Source: an uncultured Methylophaga sp. (GTDB lineage Bacteria; Pseudomonadota; Gammaproteobacteria; GCF-002020875). From it: DNA of 64,000 bases. The stretch lies in the NCBI GenBank assembly GCA_937877715.1, contig CALEHW010000046.1:18701-82700 (forward strand), in the 5' to 3' direction. The notes beneath the pieces are model-generated. The model did not search any database, was not told the DNA's origin, and was given only the letters and a program-made list of their open reading frames with translations. The position numbers were made by a program, and so were the translations under genes. Positions within the stretch are counted from its first letter, which is position 1; every line of letters starts with the position of its first letter. This document shows positions 31,492 to 42,630 of the stretch, one piece after another.

Positions 31492-32132
31492 CCACACCGG
31501 AGAGGGCATCCATCACAGAGTGGCCGTGTGCGGCAGTGTTGTTTTGCATGGGCAACAATCAGCGCATGGAATTCATTGAACTGCTGCACTCTGATCTCTC
31601 CACCCTCTGCGGAGAAAGCCTGCTCCACCCGGGAGCGTATTGGCTCATAGGATTCATCTCCGGACAGTATCCCTGTACGCTGGAAGATTCTTCTGGTGTA
31701 TGCATCAACCACAAAGACCGGGCGTTCAAACGCATAGAGCAGGATATCGTCAGCAGTCTCGGGGCCAACCCCATTAACCCCTAACAATGCCTCTCGGAGT
31801 CTATTTGTGTCCATCTTCCAGAGCTGCTCTTCATGTTCCATATACCAGCTACAATAACCTTGCAGCCGTTTGGATTTGAGATTGAAGTAACCGGATGGAC
31901 GGATCAGTTCTGCGAGTTCTGACTGTGAGACTGATAGGATTCCCTCTACCGACAACAGCTGGTTTACCCGCAGATTCTCAATTGCTGTTTCAACACGTTC
32001 CCACGCTGTATTCTGGGTGAGAATGGCGCCCACCATTACCTCAAACGGGGACTCCGATGGCCACCAGTGCTGAGGGCCGTAATGGTGATGGAGCTGCCTG
32101 AAGAGGTGAATGGGGTTAGCTTCTTCGCCCAT
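31461..32132 (-). CDS. Endonuclease III-related HhH-GPD protein
   Basis: GAILTQNTAWERV, GVGPETADDILLYAF (HhH-GPD) and the C-terminal Cys cluster HCRTRPLCDGCPLRC. Confidence 0.8.
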   Translation of the reverse strand: MGEEANPIHLFRQLHHHYGPQHWWPSESPFEVMVGAILTQNTAWERVETAIENLRVNQLLSVEGILSVSQSELAELIRPSGYFNLKSKRLQGYCSWYMEHEEQLWKMDTNRLREALLGVNGVGPETADDILLYAFERPVFVVDAYTRRIFQRTGILSGDESYEPIRSRVEQAFSAEGGEIRVQQFNEFHALIVAHAKQHCRTRPLCDGCPLRCGYPSTQASSR

Positions 32133-33006
32133 TTCTAACTGATGGCTTTACCCTGATTTTATTGCGGGGAGATGGCGTTGTTCTTGCTCCGGACGTTACG
32201 CCCAGAGGTTTTGCAACCTCAATTCCAGCTACCAGTTGTAGTTCACGAATCTCCTCTGGAGCGAGTTCCCTGCTTTTGCCGACTCTAACTGACTTGCTCA
32301 GGATGACGGGGCCATATCGTACCCGCATCAGACGGCTCACTGTTAACCCAACCGCCTCCCACATCCTCCTGACCTCACGGTTTCTGCCCTCTCGCAGTAC
32401 TACGTGGTACCAGTGGTTAATCCCCTGGCCGCCGGAATCTACAATATCGGAGAAATGGGCCATGCCATCATCCAGCTCTACCCCTTTGAGCAGCTGGTCC
32501 AGCTGCTCATCAGTTGCCTCTCCCATGGTGCGAACTGCATACTCTCGCTCCACCTCAGCAGAGGGGTGCATCAGGCGGTTGGCGAGATCCCCATCCGTGG
32601 TAAAGAGCAACAGTCCCGAAGTGTTGTAATCAAGCCTGCCCACGGAGATCCAGCGAGCGCCTCTTATCTTTGGAAGATGGTTAAAAACCGTATCACGTCC
32701 TTCCGGATCACTGCGAGTAGTCATCTGTCTTGCTGGCTTGTGATAGAGAATGACCCTGCTTTTGTTACGTCCCCCCTCTTTTGGAAAGGGATGGACCTGA
32801 TCTCCATTGAGGCGAATCTCGTCACTGGCAGTCACCCGGATACCAAGTGTGGCCGGTTTGCGGTTGACCTTGATTTTCCCCTCCTGCATCCAGCGCTCGA
32901 TCTGACGACGAGAGCCGAGGCCGGCACGTGCCATCACCTTCTGCAACCGCTCTCCGCTCAAAGGGGCATCACCCCCCTTATCATCTTTTGGTAAATTGTA
33001 ATCCAT
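32116..33006 (-). CDS. rluB: 23S rRNA pseudouridine(2605) synthase
   Basis: S4 domain ERLQKVMARAGLGSRRQIERWMQEGKIKVN, catalytic VGRLDYNTSGLLLFTTDG, and a basic C-terminal tail. Confidence 0.9.
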   Translation of the reverse strand: MDYNLPKDDKGGDAPLSGERLQKVMARAGLGSRRQIERWMQEGKIKVNRKPATLGIRVTASDEIRLNGDQVHPFPKEGGRNKSRVILYHKPARQMTTRSDPEGRDTVFNHLPKIRGARWISVGRLDYNTSGLLLFTTDGDLANRLMHPSAEVEREYAVRTMGEATDEQLDQLLKGVELDDGMAHFSDIVDSGGQGINHWYHVVLREGRNREVRRMWEAVGLTVSRLMRVRYGPVILSKSVRVGKSRELAPEEIRELQLVAGIEVAKPLGVTSGARTTPSPRNKIRVKPSVRNGRRS

Positions 33007-33647
33007 TACTGCTCCGTACCCTCATTCACAACCAGTCGCAACTCTGCTCTTGGAGACTCTCCATTGTCATCTGGAGTACCCTCCTCCTGCTCCAGCTCAA
33101 ACTCAATCTCTTCACCCATGGAGCCCATATTCCTCAGCTCCATCAGAGTTGGCATCTCCTCCAGGCTCTTGAGGCCGAAGTAGTCGAGGAACTTGCGACT
33201 GGTGCCATAGATTGCGGGTCTTCCGGGGACATCTCGATGTCCCAGTAGACGAACCCACTCCCTCTCCTGCAGGGTCTTCATTATATTGGTGCTGACAGCT
33301 ACGCCACGTATCTTCTCTATCTCCCCCCTGGTAATGGGCTGACGATAGGCAATCAGGGCCATGGTCTCCAGCAGTGCGCGTGAGTAACGGGCAGGTTTCT
33401 CTTCCCAGAGACGGCCAATCCAAGTCGAGAATTGCTGTCTCACCTGCATGCGCCAGCCACTGGCAACCTCGATAATCTCATAGCCATGGCCCGCACTCTC
33501 CTCCTGAAGTTGATTCAGCACCTGCAAAATCTCTGTGCGCTCTGGTTGGGCATTCTCTTCAAACAGGGAGCGGATCACCTTCACTGAGAGCGGCTTGCCC
33601 GCAGCCATCAGTGCGGCCTCGATAATATTTTTCAGATTAGTCTCCAC
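33006..33647 (-). CDS. scpB: SMC-Scp complex subunit ScpB
   Basis: IIEAALMAAGKPLS and ALIAYRQPITRGEIEKIRGV. GTG start next to the scpA stop. Confidence 0.9.
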   Translation of the reverse strand: METNLKNIIEAALMAAGKPLSVKVIRSLFEENAQPERTEILQVLNQLQEESAGHGYEIIEVASGWRMQVRQQFSTWIGRLWEEKPARYSRALLETMALIAYRQPITRGEIEKIRGVAVSTNIMKTLQEREWVRLLGHRDVPGRPAIYGTSRKFLDYFGLKSLEEMPTLMELRNMGSMGEEIEFELEQEEGTPDDNGESPRAELRLVVNEGTEQ

Positions 33648-34510
33648 TACAGTGGCTCCTCTTGATGTACCACGGTCTCGGCAGGTGGGCGGATATAGAT
33701 TGGACCGTAGGGTTCATTTTGTACGATGCTTATGAGGGTCTCCTTGATCAGCTCAAGTATGGCCATCAGGGTAATTACCACACCGGCACGCCCCTCTTCA
33801 ACACGAAATAGGGTGGCAAACTCGATGAACGGGACATCATCCTCTGCCGCCTCTTCAAGTCGCGAAAGTACGCTACTCATACGTTCCCTGATGGATAGTG
33901 GCTCACGTTGCACATGATGGCTATTAAATAACTCTGCACGCTGCAGGACATCACTGAATGCGGCCAACAGGGCCTGCATCTCAACCTCAGGCTGAGGTCT
34001 GGAGCCACGTTCAGGGGCCGCAATCTCAATGGCAGTAATGTCCCGTTCCATCCGCGGGAGCTCATTGAGCTCCTCAGCTGCCCTCTTGAACTGTTCATAC
34101 TCCTGGAGTCGACGAATCAGTTCGGCACGTGGATCATCCTCATCCTCAACCTCCTCATGTCGCGGCAGCAACATTCTGGATTTGATCTCTGCCAGCATCG
34201 CCGCCATCACCAGATATTCTGCTGCCATCTCCAGGTCAAGTGCCTTCATCATCTCGACATATTTCATATACTGCCGAGTCACCTCGGCAATCGGAATATT
34301 GAGGATCTCCAGATTCTGTCTGCGGATCAGATAGAGCAGCAGATCGAGCGGCCCCTCAAAGGCATCCAGCACCACCTTGAGTGACTCCGGCGGAATATAG
34401 AGATCCTTAGGCAGCTCCTCTATGGACTCCCCGGAAACCCTGATCTCGCGCAGCAGGCGCTCACCCTCCGGATCAGTTGTCGCACCATCCAACGGTAGTT
34501 CACTATTCAT
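33647..34510 (-). CDS. scpA: Segregation and condensation protein A (kleisin)
   Basis: FEGPLDLLLYLIRRQNLEILNIPIAEVTRQY is the ScpA signature. Confidence 0.9.
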   Translation of the reverse strand: MNSELPLDGATTDPEGERLLREIRVSGESIEELPKDLYIPPESLKVVLDAFEGPLDLLLYLIRRQNLEILNIPIAEVTRQYMKYVEMMKALDLEMAAEYLVMAAMLAEIKSRMLLPRHEEVEDEDDPRAELIRRLQEYEQFKRAAEELNELPRMERDITAIEIAAPERGSRPQPEVEMQALLAAFSDVLQRAELFNSHHVQREPLSIRERMSSVLSRLEEAAEDDVPFIEFATLFRVEEGRAGVVITLMAILELIKETLISIVQNEPYGPIYIRPPAETVVHQEEPL

Positions 34511-34530
34511 CTAACCCCCTTGGTCAGCCA

Positions 34531-35766
34531 CTAATATACCAGACCCATCGCCTGACGAACCTCGACCATAGTCCTCTTTGCCTCCTCCCGGGCCAACTCA
34601 CCACCCTCCTCAATTATGCTTCTAACCAGGATTGGATCCTCGGCAAACTTCTGTGCACGCTCCCGCATTGGAGCCAGCTCTCTGAGCACACCGTCAATCA
34701 CATGCTGTTTACAATCAAGGCAGCCGATTCCGGCACTACGGCACCCCTCGGCAAGCTCACTGCGGGTCCCATCATCCGTATAAACCTTCTGGAACTCCCA
34801 GACTGGGCATTTTGCTGGATCTCCCGGGTCGGTCCTACGCACCCGTGCCGGATCGGTTGGCATGGTCCGGATCTTTCTTTCCACCTCTACTGGATCCTCT
34901 CGCAGAGAGATTGTGTTGTTGTATGACTTGGACATCTTCTGTCCATCAAGGCCAGGCATCTTGGAGGCCGGAGTCAGAAGAGGCTGTGGCTCCGGCAGAA
35001 TAACCTTGCCGCCACCCTCCAGATAACCGAAGAGTCGTTCCCGATCTCCCATGGTGATATTCTGTTGAGACTCCAGCAGGGCTCGTGCAGTTGCCAGGGC
35101 CTCATGATCCCCCTCTTCCTGAAAGCTTCTACGCAGGCGATGGTAGAGCTTGGCATTTTTCTTTCCCATCTTCTTGGCCGCACCCTCTGCCTTCTCCTCA
35201 AAACCGGGCTCTTTTCCATAGAGGTGGTTGAAGCGACGGGCCACCTCACGGGTCAGCTCAACATGTGCCACCTGATCCTCCCCAACCGGCACCTGCCCGG
35301 CACGATAGGCGAGAATATCGGCGCTCTGCAACAGTGGGTATCCAAGGAATCCATAGGTGGAGAGATCCCTCTCCTTCAGTTTCTCCTGCTGATCCTTGTA
35401 GGTTGGGACCCGCTCCAGCCAGCTCAGTGGTGTCATCATCGACAACAGGGTGTGAAGCTCCGCATGCTCCGGCACCTGTGACTGAATAAATATTCTGGCA
35501 GAGCTAGGATTTACCCCGGCTGCCAACCAGTCAATCACCATTTCCCAGACGCTGCTCTCAATCACTGATGGATCTTCGTAATGAGTGGTAAGTGCATGCC
35601 AGTCAGCCACAAAGAAGAAGCACTCATATTCATGCTGCAGACGTACCCAATTCTCCAGCACCCCATGGTAGTGGCCCAGGTGGAGATTGCCGGTTGGGCG
35701 CATGCCCGAAACAACTCGCTGGAACTGAGCGGGAAGCATGGAGTGGCTATCTGTTGTTGTATTCAT
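34531..35766 (-). CDS. trpS: Tryptophan--tRNA ligase (long form, 411 aa)
   Basis: SGMRPTGNLHLGHYHG (HIGH), KMSKS, a ~70-aa insertion before KMSKS, and a C-terminal 4-Cys motif. Confidence 0.93.
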   Translation of the reverse strand: MNTTTDSHSMLPAQFQRVVSGMRPTGNLHLGHYHGVLENWVRLQHEYECFFFVADWHALTTHYEDPSVIESSVWEMVIDWLAAGVNPSSARIFIQSQVPEHAELHTLLSMMTPLSWLERVPTYKDQQEKLKERDLSTYGFLGYPLLQSADILAYRAGQVPVGEDQVAHVELTREVARRFNHLYGKEPGFEEKAEGAAKKMGKKNAKLYHRLRRSFQEEGDHEALATARALLESQQNITMGDRERLFGYLEGGGKVILPEPQPLLTPASKMPGLDGQKMSKSYNNTISLREDPVEVERKIRTMPTDPARVRRTDPGDPAKCPVWEFQKVYTDDGTRSELAEGCRSAGIGCLDCKQHVIDGVLRELAPMRERAQKFAEDPILVRSIIEEGGELAREEAKRTMVEVRQAMGLVY

Positions 35767-35790
35767 ATGAGGTACGATTGGTTCTGAAAA

Positions 35791-36447
35791 TCAAAATCCC
35801 GCCAGGGAGAATAGTAGGCTGCTTATCCCGTTAATCATAGAGCCCATGATCTGCCCGAGGATACCGGTTGCCAACAGTCCAATCAGGATAAAAAAGCCAT
35901 ATGGCTCAATGCGACTGAACTGCCATGAGATTTTGCCAGGCAGCAACCCGGTCACAATACGCCCACCATCAAGCGGCGGCAGTGGCAGCAAATTGAGCAC
36001 CATCAGTACAATATTGATCAACACACCAGCCTGGCCCATATAGATAAGTGGCTCCGCAATCCATGGAAGGGTTGTATGCACGGCAACTCCAACCACAATC
36101 GCCACAAGCCACAACAATGCCATCGCCCCGTTTGAGGCAGGACCTGCCAGCGCCACCCAGACCATATCCCGTTTCGGGTTACGCAGATTCTCCATGGTAA
36201 CCGGGACCGGTCTGGCCCAGCCAAACACAAAGCCTGTCTGCAGCACCACCAGCAGCAGAGGGACGGCAATGGTTCCAATCGGATCAATATGCTTGAGTGG
36301 ATTAAGGGTCAGGCGCCCCAGCATCATTGCCGTCTTGTCGCCCAACTGTTTGGCTACCCAACCGTGGGCGACCTCATGGACGGTAATTGCAAAAAGGACG
36401 GGGAGCGCCCAGATTGCGATGGTCTGAATCATAGAGAACTGGTTCAT
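35791..36447 (-). CDS. Site-2 protease family (M50) membrane metalloprotease
   Basis: HEVAHG zinc motif (HExxH), multiple TM segments, and NLLPLPPLDGG. Confidence 0.85.
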   Translation of the reverse strand: MNQFSMIQTIAIWALPVLFAITVHEVAHGWVAKQLGDKTAMMLGRLTLNPLKHIDPIGTIAVPLLLVVLQTGFVFGWARPVPVTMENLRNPKRDMVWVALAGPASNGAMALLWLVAIVVGVAVHTTLPWIAEPLIYMGQAGVLINIVLMVLNLLPLPPLDGGRIVTGLLPGKISWQFSRIEPYGFFILIGLLATGILGQIMGSMINGISSLLFSLAGF

Positions 36448-36471
36448 TGGTGGGTAATTATACCTGCCTGT

Positions 36472-37092
36472 CTACTCAAATGGAGATGGATCACCACATC
36501 CGGTCCGGACAACCTCTGGAATTCCATCAACCATATTAACTACTGTAGTTGGCTCTACCCCACAGGGGCCTCCATCAATAATAAGATCGAACGCATGCCC
36601 CATCTGCTCCTCGATCTCATATGGATCATTGAGTGGAAAATCTGCTCCCGGCGGAATCAGGGTAGAGCTCATGAGTGGCTCCCCCAGCGCCTCCATCAAT
36701 GCGTGTGCAACCCTATTATCTGGCACTCGTAGGCCGATAGTCTTCCGTTTAGGGTGTTGCAGGCGACGTGGAACCTCGCGGCTTGCCCGTAAAATCAGCG
36801 TATATGGCCCTGGCATTACCCGCTTCATAAGACGAAAAGAGGTATTGTCCACTTTGGCATAGAGACTCAGATCAGAGAGGTTGGGACAGACCAGTGTGAA
36901 GTTGTGGTCACTACCAACCTGACGAATCTTGCGAATTCGCTCCATCGCCTGTTTGTCTCCAATATGGCACCCCAGTGCATAACTCGAGTCTGTAGGGTAG
37001 GCGATAACCCCACCTCGGTGCACCACCTCAACCGCCTGTTGAATCAGACGAGGTTGAGGGTTGAGCGGATGGATCTCCAGAATCTGGGCCAT
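36472..37092 (-). CDS. yciO: L-threonylcarbamoyladenylate synthase-like protein, YciO subfamily (Sua5/YciO/YrdC)
   Basis: VIAYPTDSSYALGC, FTLVC and PGPYTLIL motifs, 206 aa. Confidence 0.85.
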   Translation of the reverse strand: MAQILEIHPLNPQPRLIQQAVEVVHRGGVIAYPTDSSYALGCHIGDKQAMERIRKIRQVGSDHNFTLVCPNLSDLSLYAKVDNTSFRLMKRVMPGPYTLILRASREVPRRLQHPKRKTIGLRVPDNRVAHALMEALGEPLMSSTLIPPGADFPLNDPYEIEEQMGHAFDLIIDGGPCGVEPTTVVNMVDGIPEVVRTGCGDPSPFE

Positions 37093-37968
37093 CTACCCAC
37101 CCACCGATATTTTTGTTGGGGTGGCACTATAACCTCCCAGCTCCACTCTCTCCCAGATTGGCTCACACCCCCGGGGAATGGCTGGTAGCCGCCCCAGTTC
37201 CACCCAGCGATTTCCCGGGTCGTGAAAGTCCGATCCCCGAGATGCGGCAAGCCCCAACTGGATGGCATGTTGTCCCATGGTTCGGATCTCATTGCCATTG
37301 TGGCTACTGGATACAACTTCCAGACCCTCACCTCCATGCTCGATAAACTCACCCAACATTGATCGCAGTTTGGTACGGGTCATTCCATAACGTGCAGGAT
37401 GGGCGACCACAGCCGCCCCACCGGCACTGTGGATCCAACCCACAGCCTCCCCCAGCGTAGCCCAACGGCCACCGACATAACCTGGCCTCCCTCGCAACAG
37501 ATACTTCTTGAAAGCATCCTGCATGGTCTCCACCGCCCCGGAGCCAACCAGAAAACGTCCGTAGTGGGTGCGAGTCAAAAGGTCACCCTTGCGGTATCGG
37601 AGGGCACCCTCGTAGGCACTGACGATCCCTGCCTTCTCTAACCGTCTGCCAATCTCCTCTCCACGCCACTCCCTATATTCACGCAGCTGTGCCAGACCCC
37701 GTAACAGCATGCCGTTCTCGGGATCTATACCCAGCCCCAAAATGTGAACTGTCTGCCTCCCCCAGGTCACCGAGATCTCAACCCCTGCCAACAACTTGAC
37801 ACCAAGCTTTCCCGCTGCATCCAGCGCCCTGGAGTACCCCGCCACCTCGTCATGATCGGTCAGGGCCAGTACCTCGACCCCTTTGCTCCAGGCACGCCTT
37901 ACCAAGGCATCCGGGGACAGAGTCCCGTCAGATACCGTAGAGTGGCTATGGAGATCGTAATTCAGCAT
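37093..37968 (-). CDS. PHP-domain phosphoesterase (TrpH/YciV family)
   Basis: YDLHSHSTVSDG, LALTDHD and VVAHPARY. Confidence 0.85.
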   Translation of the reverse strand: MLNYDLHSHSTVSDGTLSPDALVRRAWSKGVEVLALTDHDEVAGYSRALDAAGKLGVKLLAGVEISVTWGRQTVHILGLGIDPENGMLLRGLAQLREYREWRGEEIGRRLEKAGIVSAYEGALRYRKGDLLTRTHYGRFLVGSGAVETMQDAFKKYLLRGRPGYVGGRWATLGEAVGWIHSAGGAAVVAHPARYGMTRTKLRSMLGEFIEHGGEGLEVVSSSHNGNEIRTMGQHAIQLGLAASRGSDFHDPGNRWVELGRLPAIPRGCEPIWERVELGGYSATPTKISVGG

Positions 37969-38047
37969 ATTGTGGTGTGATATGATTGCGCACTGTTCAA
38001 AGGAACCATTTTACCCCTCATCCAATATTTTTACTCTTCATCGTCCA

Positions 38048-38653
38048 ATGAAATTTCTGTTTGATCTCTTTCCCGTAATCCTCTTCTTCGTCGCCTACAA
38101 GATATCCGGCATCTTTGTTGCGACAGCTGTGGCCATTGCAGCCTCTGCCCTGCAGGTGGCCATTTTCTGGCTTCGGCACCGTCGCTTCGAGAAGATGCAC
38201 CTCATTACCCTGGGGCTAATCGCTATTCTGGGTGGCGCCACCCTTATCTTCCAGGATGCTGTTTTTATCAAGTGGAAGGTGACCGTAGTCAACTGGATAT
38301 TTGGCCTCGCATTCATCGGTAGCAGCTATATCGGGAAGAAATCTCTTGCTGAGCGCATGATGGGAAGCAGTGTCACTCTCGGTAAAGGGATCTGGAACCA
38401 CCTCAACTGGAGTTGGGGCATCTTCTTCATAACGGTTGGATTCATCAACCTCTATGTTGCCTTCTACTACGGGCTGGATCTGGATGAGAAGCTGCGCGAG
38501 GAGATCTGGGTCAATTTCAAGCTATTTGGGGTTATGGGATTAACTTTCACCTTTGTCATCGCCCAAGCCTTCTACATGACCCGACATATCAAGGAGGAGC
38601 CTGCCACCGAGGGCTCGGCAGAAGATACCGTAACCGAACAAGAGGGATCATAG
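38048..38653 (+). CDS. yciB: Inner-membrane septation protein A (YciB/IspZ)
   Basis: MKFLFDLFPVILFFVAYK...FIKWKVTVVNWIF aligns with E. coli YciB (MKQFLDFLPLVVFFAFYK...FIKWKVTVIYALF). The track ORF start at 37970 is over-extended. Confidence 0.88.
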   Translation: MKFLFDLFPVILFFVAYKISGIFVATAVAIAASALQVAIFWLRHRRFEKMHLITLGLIAILGGATLIFQDAVFIKWKVTVVNWIFGLAFIGSSYIGKKSLAERMMGSSVTLGKGIWNHLNWSWGIFFITVGFINLYVAFYYGLDLDEKLREEIWVNFKLFGVMGLTFTFVIAQAFYMTRHIKEEPATEGSAEDTVTEQEGS

Positions 38654-38953
38654 ATGTTATACGCCATCATCAGCCAGGATCGTAAAAATAGCCTAGAGCA
38701 GCGGCTTGCCGCTCGTCCTGACCATCTGCAGCGACTGAAGCAGTTGCGTAGTGAGGGGAGACTGATACTAGCTGGACCACACCCAGCAATTGACAGTAGT
38801 GATCCCGGCCCTGCCGGATTCACCGGCAGTCTTGTTGTTGCTGAATTCTCATCTATTGAGGATGCTCAGCAGTGGGCTGATAGTGATCCATATATTACCG
38901 CAAACGTCTACCAGCAGGTCATGGTCAAACCATTCAAGATGGTATTGCCGTGA
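38654..38953 (+). CDS. yciI: YciI family protein
   Basis: 99 aa. [15 protein letters not shown]...GRLILAGP fits the family, as does the conserved yciB-yciI order. Confidence 0.85.
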   Translation: MLYAIISQDRKNSLEQRLAARPDHLQRLKQLRSEGRLILAGPHPAIDSSDPGPAGFTGSLVVAEFSSIEDAQQWADSDPYITANVYQQVMVKPFKMVLP

Positions 38954-39219
38954 CTGCTGATGAACGCATCAGGGCAATTCACGCCCTGTTGACAGAGAAG
39001 CTCTCCCCAATATTTCTGCAGATCGAGGACAACTCAGAGGAACATGCAGGGCACAAGAGTGCCGGAGGAGCAGGCCATTTCACCATCCATATTGCAGCAC
39101 CGGAATTTTTCGGCAAGAGTCTGATCCAGCAACACAGGATGGTATATGGTGCTGTTGATCCATTAATGGATGGTGAAATCCACGCTCTCAGTATTCAGAT
39201 AGAGAAAGTTACGGACTGA
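38950..39219 (+). CDS. bolA: BolA family protein
   Basis: [13 protein letters not shown]...[25 protein letters not shown] is the BolA signature. GTG start with a GTGA overlap on yciI. Confidence 0.88.
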   Translation: MTADERIRAIHALLTEKLSPIFLQIEDNSEEHAGHKSAGGAGHFTIHIAAPEFFGKSLIQQHRMVYGAVDPLMDGEIHALSIQIEKVTD

Positions 39220-39435
39220 AATATTCTGAAATAATGGGGAAATAATAGCGAAACATTCGCCCTGTATTGTACCCCACATGAACTGATGTTGGGGAATCAC
39301 CCTCCTCCTCGATTCCTCAACATCAGCTTCTCTAAATTCGACATGTGAGCCTGCTCACAGACCTGTAACCATCGTTATACTCCTCCTTTAATGGTTATGG
39401 TTTAGCACGATCCTTCATGGATCGTGCTTTTTTTA
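39220..39435 (+). ncRNA. Candidate structured sRNA or 3'UTR element downstream of bolA, with two hairpins displaying CCUCC-rich loops and a terminator
   Basis: A 16-bp stem, 39283-39298 / 39311-39326 (one G-U pair), with loop ACCCUCCUCCUC. A 6-bp stem, 39344-39349 / 39354-39359. A 7-bp stem, 39366-39372 / 39391-39397, with loop CGUUAUACUCCUCCUUUA. The terminator follows. No ORF covers the region. Confidence 0.4.
39404..39435 (+). terminator. Rho-independent terminator
   Basis: agcacgatcc-ttcat-ggatcgtgct: a perfect 10-bp stem followed by T7. Confidence 0.8.
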
Positions 39436-39681
39436 TCTCATCAGATATACCTCTATCCCCAGACATCTACCACCACCTCAAACCCCTCTCTGACCTTATC
39501 GGCCAGGGTTCTTGAGTGGAGGTCCTCAATCAACCCCGCACAAACCGCATACATCCATATCTCACCCCCTTTTATGAGAATATGCAAAATTCCATATTTA
39601 GATGGACTAAGAGCCCGTAACAGTTCAATTAAATTGAGTTAAAATCACTCCAACCTGAACAGTGATCTGGGGAGAGACAAG

Positions 39682-39837
39682 ATGGTGCGTATCGTAGTTG
39701 GTGCTGTGCTGATTGTTGCAACAGTGATGGGGATGCTCCCGGCCTGGGGGTGGATCGGTGTTGTTCCACTTGTGACTGGACTGATGTCTTGGTGCCCTGC
39801 CTACAGTATCTTCAGAATCAAAACCTGTAAGGCGTAG
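39682..39837 (+). CDS. DUF2892 (YgaP-like transmembrane domain) small membrane protein, 51 aa
   Basis: Below the ORF-track size cut-off. MVRIVVGAVLIVATVMGMLPAWGWIGVVPLVTGLMSWCPAYSIFRIKTCKA has the family hallmark G...WCP.Y. SD GGAGAG lies 6 nt upstream of the ATG. Confidence 0.7.
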   Translation: MVRIVVGAVLIVATVMGMLPAWGWIGVVPLVTGLMSWCPAYSIFRIKTCKA

Positions 39838-39853
39838 TAACGTTATTGACATC

Positions 39854-39875
39854 CCTTCTCCCAACAGGGAAAAGG
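39854..39875. terminator. Weak hairpin between the convergent DUF2892 gene and ligA
   Basis: ccttctccc-aaca-gggaaaagg pairs 8 of 9 positions. There is no clear U-tract on either strand. Confidence 0.25.
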
Positions 39876-39886
39876 TATGCTATTTA

Positions 39887-42629
<2,743 letters not shown>

Positions 42630-42630
<1 letters not shown>

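Noticed and set aside
39220-39435. Reading the bolA-downstream element as a minus-strand CsrB/RsmY-like sponge with GGA loops.
   Set aside because: Not fully excluded, and it is mentioned in the finding. However, the only strong intrinsic terminator (10-bp stem plus T7) faces the plus strand. I found no GacA-box-like TGTAAG-N6-CTTACA palindrome or convincing promoter on the minus-strand side, and the loops look more like full SD or anti-SD sequences than the A(N)GGA CsrA motif.
39436-39681. Small ORFs in the 245-nt gap before the DUF2892 gene: plus-strand MRICKIPYLDGLRARNSSIKLS (22 aa) and minus-strand MYAVCAGLIEDLHSRTLADKVREGFEVVVDVWG (33 aa).
   Set aside because: The first has no SD and the second only a marginal one. 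I recognised no family resemblance in either, and both are short enough to arise by chance.
39424-39864. Track ORFs 39424-39642 (+, 72 aa) and 39625-39864 (-, 79 aa).
   Set aside because: Neither has an SD, and both compositions are odd (His/Pro/Thr-rich). The second is antisense to a well-supported DUF2892 ORF. The first starts inside the terminator stem. Both are treated as non-coding.
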